Assembly: GCA_036339995.1 (NCBI GenBank)
Contig: JAYYZW010000014.1
Coordinates: forward strand, 6,153 to 70,152
Length of the DNA: 64,000 nt
Reading direction: 5' to 3'
From: Pseudomonadota bacterium
GTDB taxonomy: Bacteria > Pseudomonadota > Gammaproteobacteria > Ga0077536
A program made the translations under genes and the position numbers. Each line of letters begins with the position of its first letter. Position 1 is the stretch's first letter. This document shows, piece by piece, positions 37,052 to 52,717 of this stretch. The notes below the pieces were generated by a model, which worked only from the letters and a program-made list of their open reading frames with translations, was not told the DNA's origin and did no database searches.

Positions 37052-38133
37052 ATCCGGAACTTCGCGTCGAACTCGGCGATCGCAGCTATCCGATTCACAT
37101 AGGTCCGGGCTTGCTCGCCGACGAAGAGCTGTTTCGAACGGCCGTGCCCTCGGATCAAGTGATGATTCTTACCGACGATACTGTTGCGCCCTTATATCTG
37201 GACCGTATACGCCGCCATTTCCAGGATCGCTCCTGTGAGGCCCTGACCCTCCCCGACGGCGAGATTCATAAATCGCTCAGTCGCTTTGAAGAAATCGTCA
37301 CTTTCATGCTCGAACGCGGCTTCGAAAGAAGCGCTTCGCTCGTGGCGCTCGGTGGCGGTGTCATCGGCGACCTCGGCGGGTTTGCCGCAGCGTGTTATCA
37401 GCGCGGAATCGCCTATGTGCAGGTGCCCACGACCTTACTGGCACAGGTCGACTCCTCAGTGGGAGGTAAAACCGCCGTCAATCATCGCCTGGGCAAGAAC
37501 ATGGTTGGTGCTTTTCATCAGCCGAAAGCGGTGATCGCGGATACCGAGTCGCTCGCTACTTTACCGGACCGCGAGTATCGATCAGGGATCGCGGAAGTGA
37601 TCAAGTATGGATTGATTCGTGATCGTAATTTTTTCGAATGGCTCGAAGCCAATCTCAGCGGAATCCTGGCGCGCTCCCCTGAAATTATCGATCATGCGAT
37701 ACGGCGATCATGCGAGAACAAGGCCGAGATTGTCGCTGCAGACGAAAGAGAGACTGGCACCCGCGCGATGCTCAATCTTGGCCACACCTTCGGCCACGCT
37801 ATTGAAACTGGCACCGGCTACGGTAGTTGGCTGCATGGAGAAGCCGTCGCCGTGGGAATGTGTATGTCGGCGCGCTTGTCCGCATTGTCGGGATCGCTGG
37901 ACGTGCATGACGTCGCGCGGATAGAGTCACTGATACGCAGTGCGGGACTTCCGACGGCACCGCCGGAAGAGATCTCGATCGACATGTTTCTGGACTTAAT
38001 GAAGCGCGATAAAAAGAGCGTCAAGGGCCGCATTCGCTTGGTGTTGCTGGAGGCCATCGGCGAGGCAAAGCTTACGATTGAATACTCCGAAAAAATGCTT
38101 GTCGATACGATTTCTTACCGAATGGTCGGCTGA
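37048..38133 (+). CDS. aroB: 3-dehydroquinate synthase
   Basis: 361 aa. GGGVIGDLGGFAAA, VDSSVGGKT, LNLGHTFGHA, HGEAVA. Confidence 0.95.
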   Translation: MNPELRVELGDRSYPIHIGPGLLADEELFRTAVPSDQVMILTDDTVAPLYLDRIRRHFQDRSCEALTLPDGEIHKSLSRFEEIVTFMLERGFERSASLVALGGGVIGDLGGFAAACYQRGIAYVQVPTTLLAQVDSSVGGKTAVNHRLGKNMVGAFHQPKAVIADTESLATLPDREYRSGIAEVIKYGLIRDRNFFEWLEANLSGILARSPEIIDHAIRRSCENKAEIVAADERETGTRAMLNLGHTFGHAIETGTGYGSWLHGEAVAVGMCMSARLSALSGSLDVHDVARIESLIRSAGLPTAPPEEISIDMFLDLMKRDKKSVKGRIRLVLLEAIGEAKLTIEYSEKMLVDTISYRMVG

Positions 38134-38152
38134 CAAGGATCTCTGGCAAGAC

Positions 38153-39742
38153 ATGCGGCCGGAAGTACAGCCAGACGCCGACGGGAGCCTGGAGCTTCCT
38201 TACCTCATCGCTCCCATACATCGTCAACGTCTCGATCTGATCCATCATTTGCTTGAATTCGGAAATCAGATCGTCCTCATTCAAGGTGCCCCGGGATCCG
38301 GCCGCACGAGGATGCTGGAGTGCGTCTGTGCGGAAGCGGAGCCAAGCTGGAACGTCCAGCAAATAGAAGGTGCTATCGAGTCGCCCGACGTACTGCTGAG
38401 ATTTCTCGCGGACGGGTTGTCGGATGAACAATGGACCGAGGATAGCGACGGCGAAGAACTCATCTGGGCAATCGACAAAGCCTTGGCCCACATGGTCGAC
38501 GACCGCAGTCTGTGCGTTCTCGTGGTCGATGATGCGGATGAGCTCGACGAAGAAATCTGCACGCTTTTGTTCGAGTTGGCGGGGACGAACGGCCCGGGCG
38601 GCGAACTCCGCGTGCTGCTCGCGGGCAGGGCCGAATCGGATCTGGAGGAACGCCTGCAGCGCGCGGCACCCGGTCCGGCGCTCGTACATGTCATCGACAT
38701 ACCGGAACTCAGTTCCGATCAGGTTCGTGAAATCATTGAGAGTTTCGCGCGCGAATTTGGCGGCGAGAATCGGCTCCTGGAGATTGATCCCGACCGACTT
38801 GCGCGCGATACAGGCGGTAATCCCGGTAAGGTGATCGCCGAATTGAACGCCCTCGGCGACGCCCCGCGGACTTCGACGAGGATTCCGAGAGCAAGGGATC
38901 TCAAGCGGCATCAGATTTACGCCGCAATGTTAGCGGTAGCGGTCATCGCCACGGCCGCATACGCCCTGTTCGGGGCCAGCGAGCGAAAAGACAAGGTCGA
39001 GACGGTCGCGCTGGCGCTGCCTGAGAAAAACGCGTCCGCAATGCCGACAACGCCTTCCGACGGGCGCAATGCGGTCGTATCAATGGACCCGACGGACGTG
39101 GTGGTCGAACCGGTGGATGTCGCTTCGGTCGAGGCGGGTGACGCAGTCGAAACAGTTGATGTCGACACGGGTGACGCGCTTGAGCCGGGCGATTCGACGG
39201 GCGAAGGGTTCACTGCGGGCGCGGTGGATCTCGCGTCGAAGCGTCCCGTCATCACCATGAACCGCGGCGGCGTCTCCGAGCCCCCAACCGGACCGCCGGC
39301 AGCCCTGGAAGCGCTTGACTTCACCGCAGAAGCCGCCGCAGATGTGCCGGGCGGCGCAGCCGTGACGGAAACGATCGCACCGCCGGCACAAGCCCCGTCC
39401 GCAAGCCTCCCATCCGCGGCTGTCGACTTCGAGCCTACACCGGAACCTCCCGAAGAGAAGACCTATTCCAGTAAGTGGGTACTCGCTCAAGATCTACAAA
39501 GCTACGTCATCCAACTGTTCGGCGTACGCGATCGGAACGCGGCGGTCCGCTTCATCAAGGCAAACGACCTCGGATTACCGAGCGCCGTCATCGCCACCAC
39601 TCATGAGGGCGCGCCCTGGTACGTATTAGTCCTTGGCCATTACTCCGATCGCGACAGCGCAAAGGCCGCGATCGATGGTTTAAGCCCGCCCCTTGCGGCG
39701 CTAAAACCGTGGGCCCGGCCGATCCACTCGTTAACAAAATAA
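38153..39742 (+). CDS. AAA-ATPase (ExeA-like) plus C-terminal SPOR-domain protein (DamX-like position)
   Basis: Start taken at ATG 38153, after the aroB stop. P-loop QGAPGSGRT, Walker B LVVDDAD, TM segment, Pro/Ala/Asp-rich linker, SPOR-like end YVIQLFGVRDRNAAVRFIKAN...WYVLVLGHYSDRDSAKAAI. Confidence 0.8.
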   Translation: MRPEVQPDADGSLELPYLIAPIHRQRLDLIHHLLEFGNQIVLIQGAPGSGRTRMLECVCAEAEPSWNVQQIEGAIESPDVLLRFLADGLSDEQWTEDSDGEELIWAIDKALAHMVDDRSLCVLVVDDADELDEEICTLLFELAGTNGPGGELRVLLAGRAESDLEERLQRAAPGPALVHVIDIPELSSDQVREIIESFAREFGGENRLLEIDPDRLARDTGGNPGKVIAELNALGDAPRTSTRIPRARDLKRHQIYAAMLAVAVIATAAYALFGASERKDKVETVALALPEKNASAMPTTPSDGRNAVVSMDPTDVVVEPVDVASVEAGDAVETVDVDTGDALEPGDSTGEGFTAGAVDLASKRPVITMNRGGVSEPPTGPPAALEALDFTAEAAADVPGGAAVTETIAPPAQAPSASLPSAAVDFEPTPEPPEEKTYSSKWVLAQDLQSYVIQLFGVRDRNAAVRFIKANDLGLPSAVIATTHEGAPWYVLVLGHYSDRDSAKAAIDGLSPPLAALKPWARPIHSLTK

Positions 39743-39918
39743 CTATTTAAATACAAATAGTTAAAAGCACTGACACCGACCTGCACGAACCTGCCCCGTG
39801 CCGACCGCAGCCGGATCGCGTGATGACAGTTTCGCGTAGCTCGGCATATAATTGGCGCCCCCTTTTCTCGCAATTCATCACTGTATTCACGAACAAAGCC
39901 CCGGAGGCAAGCTGAGGG

Positions 39919-44518
<4,600 letters not shown>

Positions 44519-44526
<8 letters not shown>

Positions 44527-45964
44527 AGTCACCGGATTTCTCGAGGCCGAACGCGAGGGTCAGGCCTATCGACCGGTCGAAACGCGACTGTTCGATTGGA
44601 ATCAGGTAATGGCGGCGTACGAGCCGGATCAGGTCCCCATCCAGGCGGCACGCTGCATGGACTGCGGGATCCCGTTTTGTCACCAGGGGTGTCCGCTGGG
44701 AAACCTGATACCGGACTGGAACGACCTTGTTTATCGGGAACGCTGGAGCGACGCGATCGACCGTCTGCATGCGACCAATAATTTCCCCGAGTTCACAGGT
44801 ACTTTGTGCCCCGCTCCGTGCGAAGGATCCTGCGTCCTGGGTATCAATGATGACCCTGTCACGATCAAGGCCGTCGAGCTCGCACTTATCGATCGCGCAT
44901 TCGACGAAGGCTGGGTCGTTCCGGAACCACCGAAAACGGAGACTGGAAAATCCATCGCGATCGTGGGCTCCGGTCCCGCGGGCCTTGCCGCCGCCCAGCA
45001 ATTGCGCCGTGCGGGACATGCGGTAACGGTTTTTGAAAGAGACGATCGCATAGGCGGCCTGCTGCGCTACGGAATCCCGGAATTCAAGATGGAAAAGCAC
45101 GTGCTCGACCGCCGCCTGCAGCAGATGATCGACGAGGGCGTACGGTTCCAGGTCAATGCCAACATCGGTGTAGACATTGCGGTGGAAGACTTGCGCAAGG
45201 AATTCGACGCCATACTGCTTGCCGGCGGCGCCACCGCGTCGCGGGATTTAGCCATCCCTGGACGCGATCTCGATGGCGTGCATTTCGCAATGACATTTCT
45301 GCCGCTGCAAAATCGTCGGTGCGAAGGCGACGATATCCCGGACAGCGCATTTATCACCGCTAAAGACAAGCACGTGATCATCATCGGCGGCGGTGACACG
45401 GGCGCAGATTGCCTGGGTACAGTGCATCGGCAGGGGGCGAAATCCGTTACCAGCCTCGAGATCATGCCCAAACCTCCAGAACGGCGCGCCGCCGACAATC
45501 CATGGCCACTGTGGCCGCAGATTTACCGAGTCGCTGCCGCGCACGAGGAAGGCGGCGAGCGAATTTACGCCGTATCGACGAATCGATTTATCGGCGACGA
45601 GCAGGGCCGCGTCACGGCACTGGAACTCGTCGAAGTGAAGATGAAACTGAGCGACGGCCGCCCGTCATTCGAATCCGTTCCCGGCTCGGAGCACGAACTC
45701 CCCTGCGATCTGGTGCTGCTGGCCATGGGATTCACCGGTCCTGAAATGGACGGTGTGATCGATCAACTCGGCGTCGAGCTCGACCAGCAAACCAACGTGA
45801 AACGTGACGCCGAGTGGATGACTTCTGTCGAGGGCGTGTTCACGGCAGGGGATATGCAACACGGACAGTCACTAATCGTATGGGCCATTGCGGAGGGCCG
45901 TTCCGCGGCACGCGGGATCGATGAGTTTCTAATCGGCTCATCGGGCTTGCCGGCACCCTTATAA
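44519..45964 (+). CDS. gltD: Glutamate synthase small subunit
   Basis: 481 aa. Cys clusters CMDCGIPFC and CPAPCEGSC. Dinucleotide folds [11 protein letters not shown] and [11 protein letters not shown]. 8-nt overlap with gltB. Confidence 0.97.
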
Positions 45965-46093
45965 AAAAACAAGACTCATTTCAAAAATACCCACATATGC
46001 ACCGGTACACTTACGTACCGTCAACAAACGGCCGAAAAATGGGGTTATCCACCAGCCTGCTGATTTCGGCGACAGCCCTGTGCGCCAACCCGA

Positions 46094-47140
46094 ATGAACG
46101 ATCGATTTTTACGTGCATTGGCCCGCCAAGCCGTCGACCGCACGCCAGTGTGGATCATGCGCCAGGCGGGCCGTTATCTTCCGGAGTATCGCAAAATCCG
46201 CGAGCGTGCCGGGGATTTTCTAACGCTTTGTAAAACGCCGGATCTCGCTTGTGAAGTAAGCCTGCAACCGATGCGGCGTTTCGATCTCGACGCCGCGATC
46301 CTCTTTTCAGACATCTTGACCATTCCCGACGCCATGGGCCTCGGTTTGACGATCGAAGAGGGTTTCGGACCTCGTTTCGAACGCCCCATCGCGAGCATCG
46401 CGGACATCGACGCCCTGCCCCTGCCCGATCCCGACTTCGATCTGCGCTACGTGATCGACGCAGTGGCGTTAACACGGCGCGAGCTCGACGGGTGCCGCCC
46501 GCTCATCGGGTTTGCCGGCAGTCCCTGGACGCTTGCGACCTACATGGTCGAAGGCCAGAGCAGCCGCGATTTCGCCAAGATCAAACGCCTCGCCTATGAA
46601 AGCCCAGAGGCGACCCACCGGCTGCTGGAAAAGCTCGCGCGCGCCGTTTCCGATTACCTGATCGCGCAGATTCACGCCGGCGTGGACGCGGTCATGGTGT
46701 TCGACACCTGGGGCGGCACGCTTTCGACGGCCGCCTACCTCGAATTCTCACTCGAATACCTACGGCGCATCGTCTCTGCTCTACCGGGAGGAACACCCAG
46801 TATCGTGTTTACGAAAGGCGGCGGCGGATGGATCGAGGCGATAGCAGAGATCGGCTGCACTGCAGTGGGGCTCGATTGGACGATCGATATCGGTGACGCG
46901 CGCCAACGTATCGGCGATCAGGTCGCGTTGCAGGGCAATCTCGATCCCGCCGTCATGCTGGCCAGCCCTGCCACCATCGAGATCGAAGCAAAGCGCGTAC
47001 TCGATGCTTACGGACCAGGCAACGGCCACGTTTTCAACCTCGGCCACGGCATCACGCCGGCCGTTCCTCCTGAACACGTCCAGCAACTGATCGACACCGT
47101 TCACAGCTATAGCCGTCGATATCATGAACCAACGGATTAA
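46094..47140 (+). CDS. hemE: Uroporphyrinogen decarboxylase
   Basis: 348 aa. [29 protein letters not shown]. Confidence 0.95.
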   Translation: MNDRFLRALARQAVDRTPVWIMRQAGRYLPEYRKIRERAGDFLTLCKTPDLACEVSLQPMRRFDLDAAILFSDILTIPDAMGLGLTIEEGFGPRFERPIASIADIDALPLPDPDFDLRYVIDAVALTRRELDGCRPLIGFAGSPWTLATYMVEGQSSRDFAKIKRLAYESPEATHRLLEKLARAVSDYLIAQIHAGVDAVMVFDTWGGTLSTAAYLEFSLEYLRRIVSALPGGTPSIVFTKGGGGWIEAIAEIGCTAVGLDWTIDIGDARQRIGDQVALQGNLDPAVMLASPATIEIEAKRVLDAYGPGNGHVFNLGHGITPAVPPEHVQQLIDTVHSYSRRYHEPTD

Positions 47141-48050
47141 GGCCGCTGCGGTCATCGTGCTCAAGGGATTCTGCATGGGCGCTGCCGACGTCGTACCCGG
47201 CGTCTCGGGCGGCACGATGGCTTTTATCCTCGGCATCTATACCCGCTTCGTCGATGCGATTAAGTCCTTCGACGCGACATGGATGAAAGCCTTCGTGCGT
47301 TTCGATTTACCTACCGTACTGACGCGGCCCGACTTTCCGTTCATCGTGCCGCTCGTCGTCGGTATTTTCTGCGCGATCTTGTTTTTCACGCACCTCATCC
47401 CCTTGCCGCGCTTGCTGGAGACACATCCTCAGTACGTCTACGGCCTGTTCTTCGGGTTGATCATCGGCTCGATCGTCGTTCTTATAAAGGGCCTGGGCGG
47501 TTTGCGCCCCGTTGACATGCCGCCGTTGATCGCCGGACTGCTATTGGGCATCGTCCTCGTCACGGCCGTTCCCGCCGAGACACCCGATACGTGGTGGTTC
47601 GTCATGCTGTGCGGCGCCCTGTCGATTTGCGCGATGGTCGTACCCGGCATCTCCGGATCATTCGTACTGCTTTTGCTGGGCAAATACGCCTACGTGCTCG
47701 ACGCGGTTGGGCATTTTCGGATGGCGGTGGTCGCGCCGTTCGCGCTCGGAGCTTTAGCGGGTCTGTTTTCCTTCACCCGGTTGCTGTCGTGGCTGCTCCA
47801 TCGCCACGAACGCGTAGCCCTGCTCGCCATCTCCGGCATACTCCTGGCCTCCCTGTGGGTCGTGTGGCCCTTCCAGCAGCGTCGCTACGTCGAGATCCGC
47901 GGCGAGCTCAAATGGGTTGAATCCTCTCCTTTGCTGCCCGAGTTCTCCGGGACCGCGCTCGCCGTCGGGGTGCTGGCGGCCACGGGATTCGTCATCGTTG
48001 TTGCAATGCAGCGAGTGGCATCGACCTCGGTGAAATCGGGGGATTCGTAA
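47124..48050 (+). CDS. DUF368-family integral membrane protein
   Basis: 308 aa, polytopic. Duplicated VPGVSGGT / VPGISGSF motif typical of DUF368. Confidence 0.75.
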   Translation: MNQRIKAAAVIVLKGFCMGAADVVPGVSGGTMAFILGIYTRFVDAIKSFDATWMKAFVRFDLPTVLTRPDFPFIVPLVVGIFCAILFFTHLIPLPRLLETHPQYVYGLFFGLIIGSIVVLIKGLGGLRPVDMPPLIAGLLLGIVLVTAVPAETPDTWWFVMLCGALSICAMVVPGISGSFVLLLLGKYAYVLDAVGHFRMAVVAPFALGALAGLFSFTRLLSWLLHRHERVALLAISGILLASLWVVWPFQQRRYVEIRGELKWVESSPLLPEFSGTALAVGVLAATGFVIVVAMQRVASTSVKSGDS

Positions 48051-48406
48051 ATGCGGAGCATGATCAAACCGGCAATTTCGACGGATTTTCCGTATCGCAG
48101 CTAACCGCCTGGACTGCGAGAATACCCGTTGCCAGGCTTGCGGACGTGGCCGGATGAACGCGGCCCGACACCGCCGGCCAGCCTTTATTTCGGCGGATAC
48201 GATCCGGAGTACTATTCTAGGAGCGCCCGCGGGTACGTTTAAGGCAACTGCACCCGGGCCAAACCTCAACGGGGTGGTCTTTGGCGGCGGCGGCTGTTTC
48301 GGCTGCGAGGGAAAGATAGCGGGCCGACTGGAGCGGCTACGCGGAATCCGCCGGGTCGTTCGAGAAATATAACGCGAGTGAAGAAGGCCCACCGAGCGAC
48401 GTTTCA

Positions 48407-49554
48407 ATGGCCTTTCCCGCGCAGAGCCGTGCAAAAGTTCATGTAGCGATTACCAGCGCGATCGCGTCGGTTGCCGGCGCGCCGATGCCGCCGGGCAAAC
48501 AACGATTACGCGTGGCCTACCTGTCGTCGAAGTTTCGGGCCAGCCCGTCTTTCGTCCTGGTCAACGGACTACTCGAAGCGCACGATCGCGGTCGCTTCGA
48601 GATCGTCGGCTATGCCTTGAACCCGGACGATCGCAGTGCCGAACGCATACGATCCGCAGATGCGGTCGACGTCTTCGTCGATCTCTCTGCGATGAACAAC
48701 GAAGAAGCCGCCCAGCGGATCCGCGGCGACGGCATCGATATTCTGATCGATCTCAACGGCTACAGTGACGAAGCCCGTCCCGGGATCGTCACGCGCCGCC
48801 CGGCGCCCCTGCAGGTCAATTATCTCGGCCACATGCACTCTCTTTACGGACCGTGGATCGATTACCGTTTCACCGACGCGGTCGCGGAACCCGAGGCGAC
48901 CGGCTTTCGACCTCGCCCCCGGAACGCAGCGCATTGGGCCTCCCGCAGGATGCCTTCGTGTTCTGTGCTTTCAGCGGCGTCGCGAGGATTGAACCCGTGG
49001 TTTTCGCGGCATGGATGACGATACTCGAGCGTGTGCCGGACTCGGTCCTGTGGTTGCTGGATCCGGGTGACCCGGCAAAGGCCAATCTTCGCCGCGCGGC
49101 CGAGTGCGCCGGGATCGCGCCGGCAAGGCTCTGTTTCGTCGGGCGCATCGAGCATGCAAAATACCTCGACCGTCAACAGGCGGCCGATCTATTCCTCGAC
49201 ACCTTCACTCACGGCGCCCACACGACCGGTCTGGATGCACTGCATGCCTGCGTCCCCCTGGTAACCCGCCAGGGCGACAGTTTGGCTGCGCGCGTCGGTG
49301 CAAGCCTGCTCACCGCAGTCGGATTACCGGAACTCATAAGCTGCACAACAGAGGCATACATCGAATGCGCCTGTGATCTGGCGCACGACCTCGACCGCCT
49401 GGCAGGGATCAGACGGCGTCTCAGCGCTACGATCGATAACGACAACCCGTTTGCCTCGGCATCAGTCGCCGCAAAAATCGAAGCCGCGTTCGAACTGATG
49501 TGGGAAGGCCTTTGCACCGGCGAAGCACCTGCCGACTTGCACACGGACGTTTAG
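48407..49554 (+). pseudogene. GT41 (OGT/SPINDLY-like) glycosyltransferase remnant: 5'-truncated and frameshifted
   Basis: Two overlapping ORFs in different frames (48407..49018 and 48853..49554) together cover a GT41-like catalytic region (LRVAYLSSKF...HDRGRFEIVGY...LQVNYLGH...IDYRFTD // GLPQDAFVFCAF...PVVFAAWMTILERVPDSVLWLL...DTFTHGAHTTGLDAL...PLVT). The frame switch is near 48905..48920 (C5 run). No TPR region lies upstream; an in-frame stop comes just before 48407. Confidence 0.65.
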
Positions 49555-49557
49555 CCG

Positions 49558-51045
49558 CTACTCTTTGCGCGTCGCGCGGTGCCACGATTCGATCGCGGCG
49601 AGCACGACGATAAGGAGCAAAGCAGCCAACAGGGGGCGATCCCCCAACCGCGTGTAGGGCGTGATGCCGGTACGCGGGATCAAGCCGGCACGCAGACTGC
49701 TCGGTTCGAACTGCGCCGACTGCGCGACGATTTTCCCTCGATGATCGATCACCGCCGTGATGCCCGTGTTCGTTCCGCGCAGCAGGTAGCGCCCGGTCTC
49801 CAGCGCCCGCATACGCGCGATTTCCAAATGCTGGTGCGGCGCGATCGTGTCGCCAAACCACGCGTCGTTACTGACGTTAACCAGAAAAGCCGCGCCCGGA
49901 AGAGCGCGCGCGATTTCGCGGGGAAAGGCATCCTCGTAGCAAATCGAAAGACCCGCCGCATACCCGGCGACCTCGACCGTGGTCTGATCCTCGCGGCCGG
50001 GCGTGAAATCGGACATCGGAATATTCAACAGGCGCGAGAAATCGCGCATGAAGCCTTTTAAGGGAAAGACCTCCCCGAACGGGACCAGATGCCGTTTGTC
50101 GTAGCGGCCCGGCGTGGAACCCAGATCGATGATGCTGTTGAAATAGCGCTGCTCCCGCGGCTCTCCGGACAGCATGCCAATCAGGAGATCCGTGTTCGTT
50201 TCGCTGGCCCGGTCCTGCAACACTTGTATGGTGTCCGGGACGTCGAAGGGAAAAGCCGGGATCGCAGTTTCTGGCCAGATCACGATATCCGCACCCCAAT
50301 GCGGCTCCGTCAGAGATTGATAAAGTTCGATTGACGGTTGCCGCACGTCAGCGTGCCATTTAACGGCCTGTGGTACGGCGCCCTGCACGAGTGCGACTGT
50401 AAGTTTCGGACCCGCGGCTCGTGTCCAGTCTGTATGCGTCAACCGCTCACCACCTATCACGATTGCCCCGATGGCAATGGCGATTGTGACGCGAACCGTC
50501 GAGGCGCTGAAAACAAGAGCAACGATGGCGGCGGCGATTACGACAGCCATCAGCGAGCAGCCGTAAATCCCGGCGATCGGCGCGAACCCGGCCAAGGGAG
50601 AATCGATCTGGCTGTATCCCAGGGACAACCATGGAAATCCGGTGAACAGAGTTGCGCGAAGCCACTCCGTGAGAACCCACAATGCAGGCGCTGAAATAAT
50701 CAAGCACCAGGTCTCCTGGCGGGGCGAGAGAGCGTTCATTAAGCCGGCGAACAAGGCCGGATAGCAGGCCATAATCGCAATGAATACGGCTGTAACGCTC
50801 ACCGAGAACGCATAGTACGGGACGCCGAATTGATGAATACTGACCTGCACCCACCAGACGCCGCAACCGAACATTCCCAGCCCGTAGAGCCACCCTGCGA
50901 GGGCCGCGCGCGGCACGCTGATTCCGCGGACGACGAGTAACAGCACGGCCGGGGAAACGATGGCTAACGTCCAGATGCCGAACGGCGCGAACGCAAGCGG
51001 CAAAATTGCTCCGCCCGCTAGGGCTGCCAGATAGCGCTGCCACAT
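49558..51045 (-). CDS. lnt: Apolipoprotein N-acyltransferase
   Basis: 495 aa. Multi-TM N-terminus, nitrilase-like domain with WPE and ICYE motifs. Confidence 0.95.
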   Translation of the reverse strand: MWQRYLAALAGGAILPLAFAPFGIWTLAIVSPAVLLLVVRGISVPRAALAGWLYGLGMFGCGVWWVQVSIHQFGVPYYAFSVSVTAVFIAIMACYPALFAGLMNALSPRQETWCLIISAPALWVLTEWLRATLFTGFPWLSLGYSQIDSPLAGFAPIAGIYGCSLMAVVIAAAIVALVFSASTVRVTIAIAIGAIVIGGERLTHTDWTRAAGPKLTVALVQGAVPQAVKWHADVRQPSIELYQSLTEPHWGADIVIWPETAIPAFPFDVPDTIQVLQDRASETNTDLLIGMLSGEPREQRYFNSIIDLGSTPGRYDKRHLVPFGEVFPLKGFMRDFSRLLNIPMSDFTPGREDQTTVEVAGYAAGLSICYEDAFPREIARALPGAAFLVNVSNDAWFGDTIAPHQHLEIARMRALETGRYLLRGTNTGITAVIDHRGKIVAQSAQFEPSSLRAGLIPRTGITPYTRLGDRPLLAALLLIVVLAAIESWHRATRKE

Positions 51046-51148
51046 ATCTTAAACCGGTTCTTATCGCGGTCGCGACTGTCGATGCCAGCCGCGGCTCATA
51101 GGTAGGATCTTAGAGTTTGCACGGATACGCAGTTGGTTTACGGAGCGA

Positions 51149-51268
51149 CACAATAACTTAAAACCACAGAGACCACAGAGACCACAGAGAAATACATTCT
51201 ATTTATGATCTGTAAACGGTCCTTTTTCTTTTTCTCTGTGTCCTCTGTGATCTCTGTGGTTTATTGTG
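51149..51268. repeat. Large imperfect palindrome whose arms are three tandem 9-mers (accacagag)
   Basis: The left arm cacaataacttaaaaccacagagaccacagagaccacagagaaa pairs with tttctctgtgtcctctgtgatctctgtggtttattgtg (51231..51268). The loop is ~38 nt and AT-rich. Confidence 0.85.
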
Positions 51269-51315
51269 AACGTATTTGGGGACTTAGGGCATAAGAACTA
51301 ATCAATCATCCACGG

Positions 51316-52188
51316 CTAATTCGAGCCGGTGAGTGGCTTCTCCAGAACTGATTCTTTACGAATGACCCGCACGAGGCGAACGCGACGCCTGTCGGCGCGC
51401 AGAATCTTGAATTCGAAATTCGAAAATTCCAACTCCTCTCCGCGATGCGGAAGGTGTCCGAGTTCGTGAATGATGAATCCACCGATCGTTTCGTAATCTT
51501 TTGTTTTCCAGTTAGTTTGGAAAAATTCGTTGAATTCTTCGATCGGTGTACGCGCTTTCACCGTATAACGCTCGTCGCGGTGACGTTTGATGTTGTCCTC
51601 TTCCGCAGGATCGTGTTCGTCATCGATCTCACCGACGATTTGCTCGATCACGTCCTCAATGGTAACCAGACCCGAAATACCACCGTATTCGTCGACGACT
51701 ATCGCGAGGTGATTTCTCCGTTCGCGGAATTCCCGCAGCAGAATGTTCAAGCGTTTGCTTTCCGGGATGAAAGCGACCGGACGGATCATATTTCGAATAA
51801 CAAATGGGTTTTGCGTATTGACTGCCAGGGACAACAGGTCCTTGGCGAGTAATATGCCTAGAACGTGCTCGCGCTTGTCATCATAGACGGGGAATCGTGA
51901 ATGCCCGGAATCAATAATTTTCCGAAGAAATTCGGCGGGCTTCGAGTCTTCCTCGATAAATACAATCTCGGAACGCGGAACCATGATGTCGCGTACCTGA
52001 ATTTCCGAGACGAGCAGCGCGCCTTCCATCATCGCGACGGTGTCGGTGTCGATGACGTGCCTTTCTTCGGCATCATGCAGCTTGTCAACAAGCTGCATGC
52101 GATTATCGCGCTTAACTCTGACGGCGCTCAGAAAGCGTCGCAACACCGCCTGTATCCGCCGGGATCCACTCGAATGACCGTCGGTCAT
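51316..52188 (-). CDS. corC: CorC/YbeX-type CBS-pair plus CorC_HlyC domain protein
   Basis: Start taken at ATG 52188 (MTDGHSSG...), because the listed longer ORF overlaps ybeY. CBS pair (VRDIMVPRSEIVFI...), C-terminal transporter-associated domain. Confidence 0.9.
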   Translation of the reverse strand: MTDGHSSGSRRIQAVLRRFLSAVRVKRDNRMQLVDKLHDAEERHVIDTDTVAMMEGALLVSEIQVRDIMVPRSEIVFIEEDSKPAEFLRKIIDSGHSRFPVYDDKREHVLGILLAKDLLSLAVNTQNPFVIRNMIRPVAFIPESKRLNILLREFRERRNHLAIVVDEYGGISGLVTIEDVIEQIVGEIDDEHDPAEEDNIKRHRDERYTVKARTPIEEFNEFFQTNWKTKDYETIGGFIIHELGHLPHRGEELEFSNFEFKILRADRRRVRLVRVIRKESVLEKPLTGSN

Positions 52189-52192
52189 TGAT

Positions 52193-52717
52193 TCAACACG
52201 CAAATTTCGGATACGGATATCCCATATCCGAGAGAATCGCGTGTTCTTTGTCCTCCATTTCACGAGCTTGAGATTCTTTATCGTGATCGAACCCCAAAAG
52301 ATGCAAAATTCCATGCACGATCAAATGCGCCCAATGTGCCTTGCGCGCAATGCCGTTCGCATCGGCTTCAGCGTGCGCCAGCGCGATGCAGATGACGACG
52401 TCACCCAGCAGGTCAGGCACTGCGTGTTCCAGGCCCTCAACGGGAAACGATAACACATTGGTCGGCTCGTTTATTCCGCGCCAACGCCTGTTGAGTTCAC
52501 GTGATTCTTCGGCGTCTACGAGACGAATAGTCAATTCCGCGTGATTGCGGAACGACGACAAAACACGCTTTGCGCAATCCTCGAAAAAGCTCTTCTCGGG
52601 AATATTCGGTGCAGTGGATTCGATTTGTAGATCGAGATCAATCGTGCAGGGGTGCTCGTGACTCACTTTCGATGGAGACGGTCCGGTCTTTTGCTCATCG
52701 CTCGCCATCTTCTCCAT
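52193..52717 (-). CDS. ybeY: rRNA maturation endoribonuclease YbeY
   Basis: Zinc motif HLIVHGILHLLGFDH. Start is uncertain among in-frame ATGs at 52729, 52717 and 52708. Confidence 0.9.
   Translation of the reverse strand: MEKMASDEQKTGPSPSKVSHEHPCTIDLDLQIESTAPNIPEKSFFEDCAKRVLSSFRNHAELTIRLVDAEESRELNRRWRGINEPTNVLSFPVEGLEHAVPDLLGDVVICIALAHAEADANGIARKAHWAHLIVHGILHLLGFDHDKESQAREMEDKEHAILSDMGYPYPKFAC

Noticed and set aside
39741-39762. AT-rich hairpin aactattt-aaatac-aaatagtt right after the AAA/SPOR gene stop and upstream of gltB.
   Set aside because: The all-AT 8-bp stem has no U-run. It is too weak to call a terminator, and an operator role cannot be supported from the sequence alone.
47754-48434. 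226-aa minus-strand ORF spanning the end of the DUF368 gene and the non-coding stretch before the GT41 remnant.
   Set aside because: The sequence is highly biased and Arg/Pro-rich with no motif. Half of it is antisense to a convincing membrane-protein gene.
51161-51190. Tandem accacagag repeats considered as a possible CRISPR or minisatellite array.
   Set aside because: The units are only 9 bp with no spacers and no cas genes. The array is one arm of a palindrome, so it is reported as a repeat structure instead.
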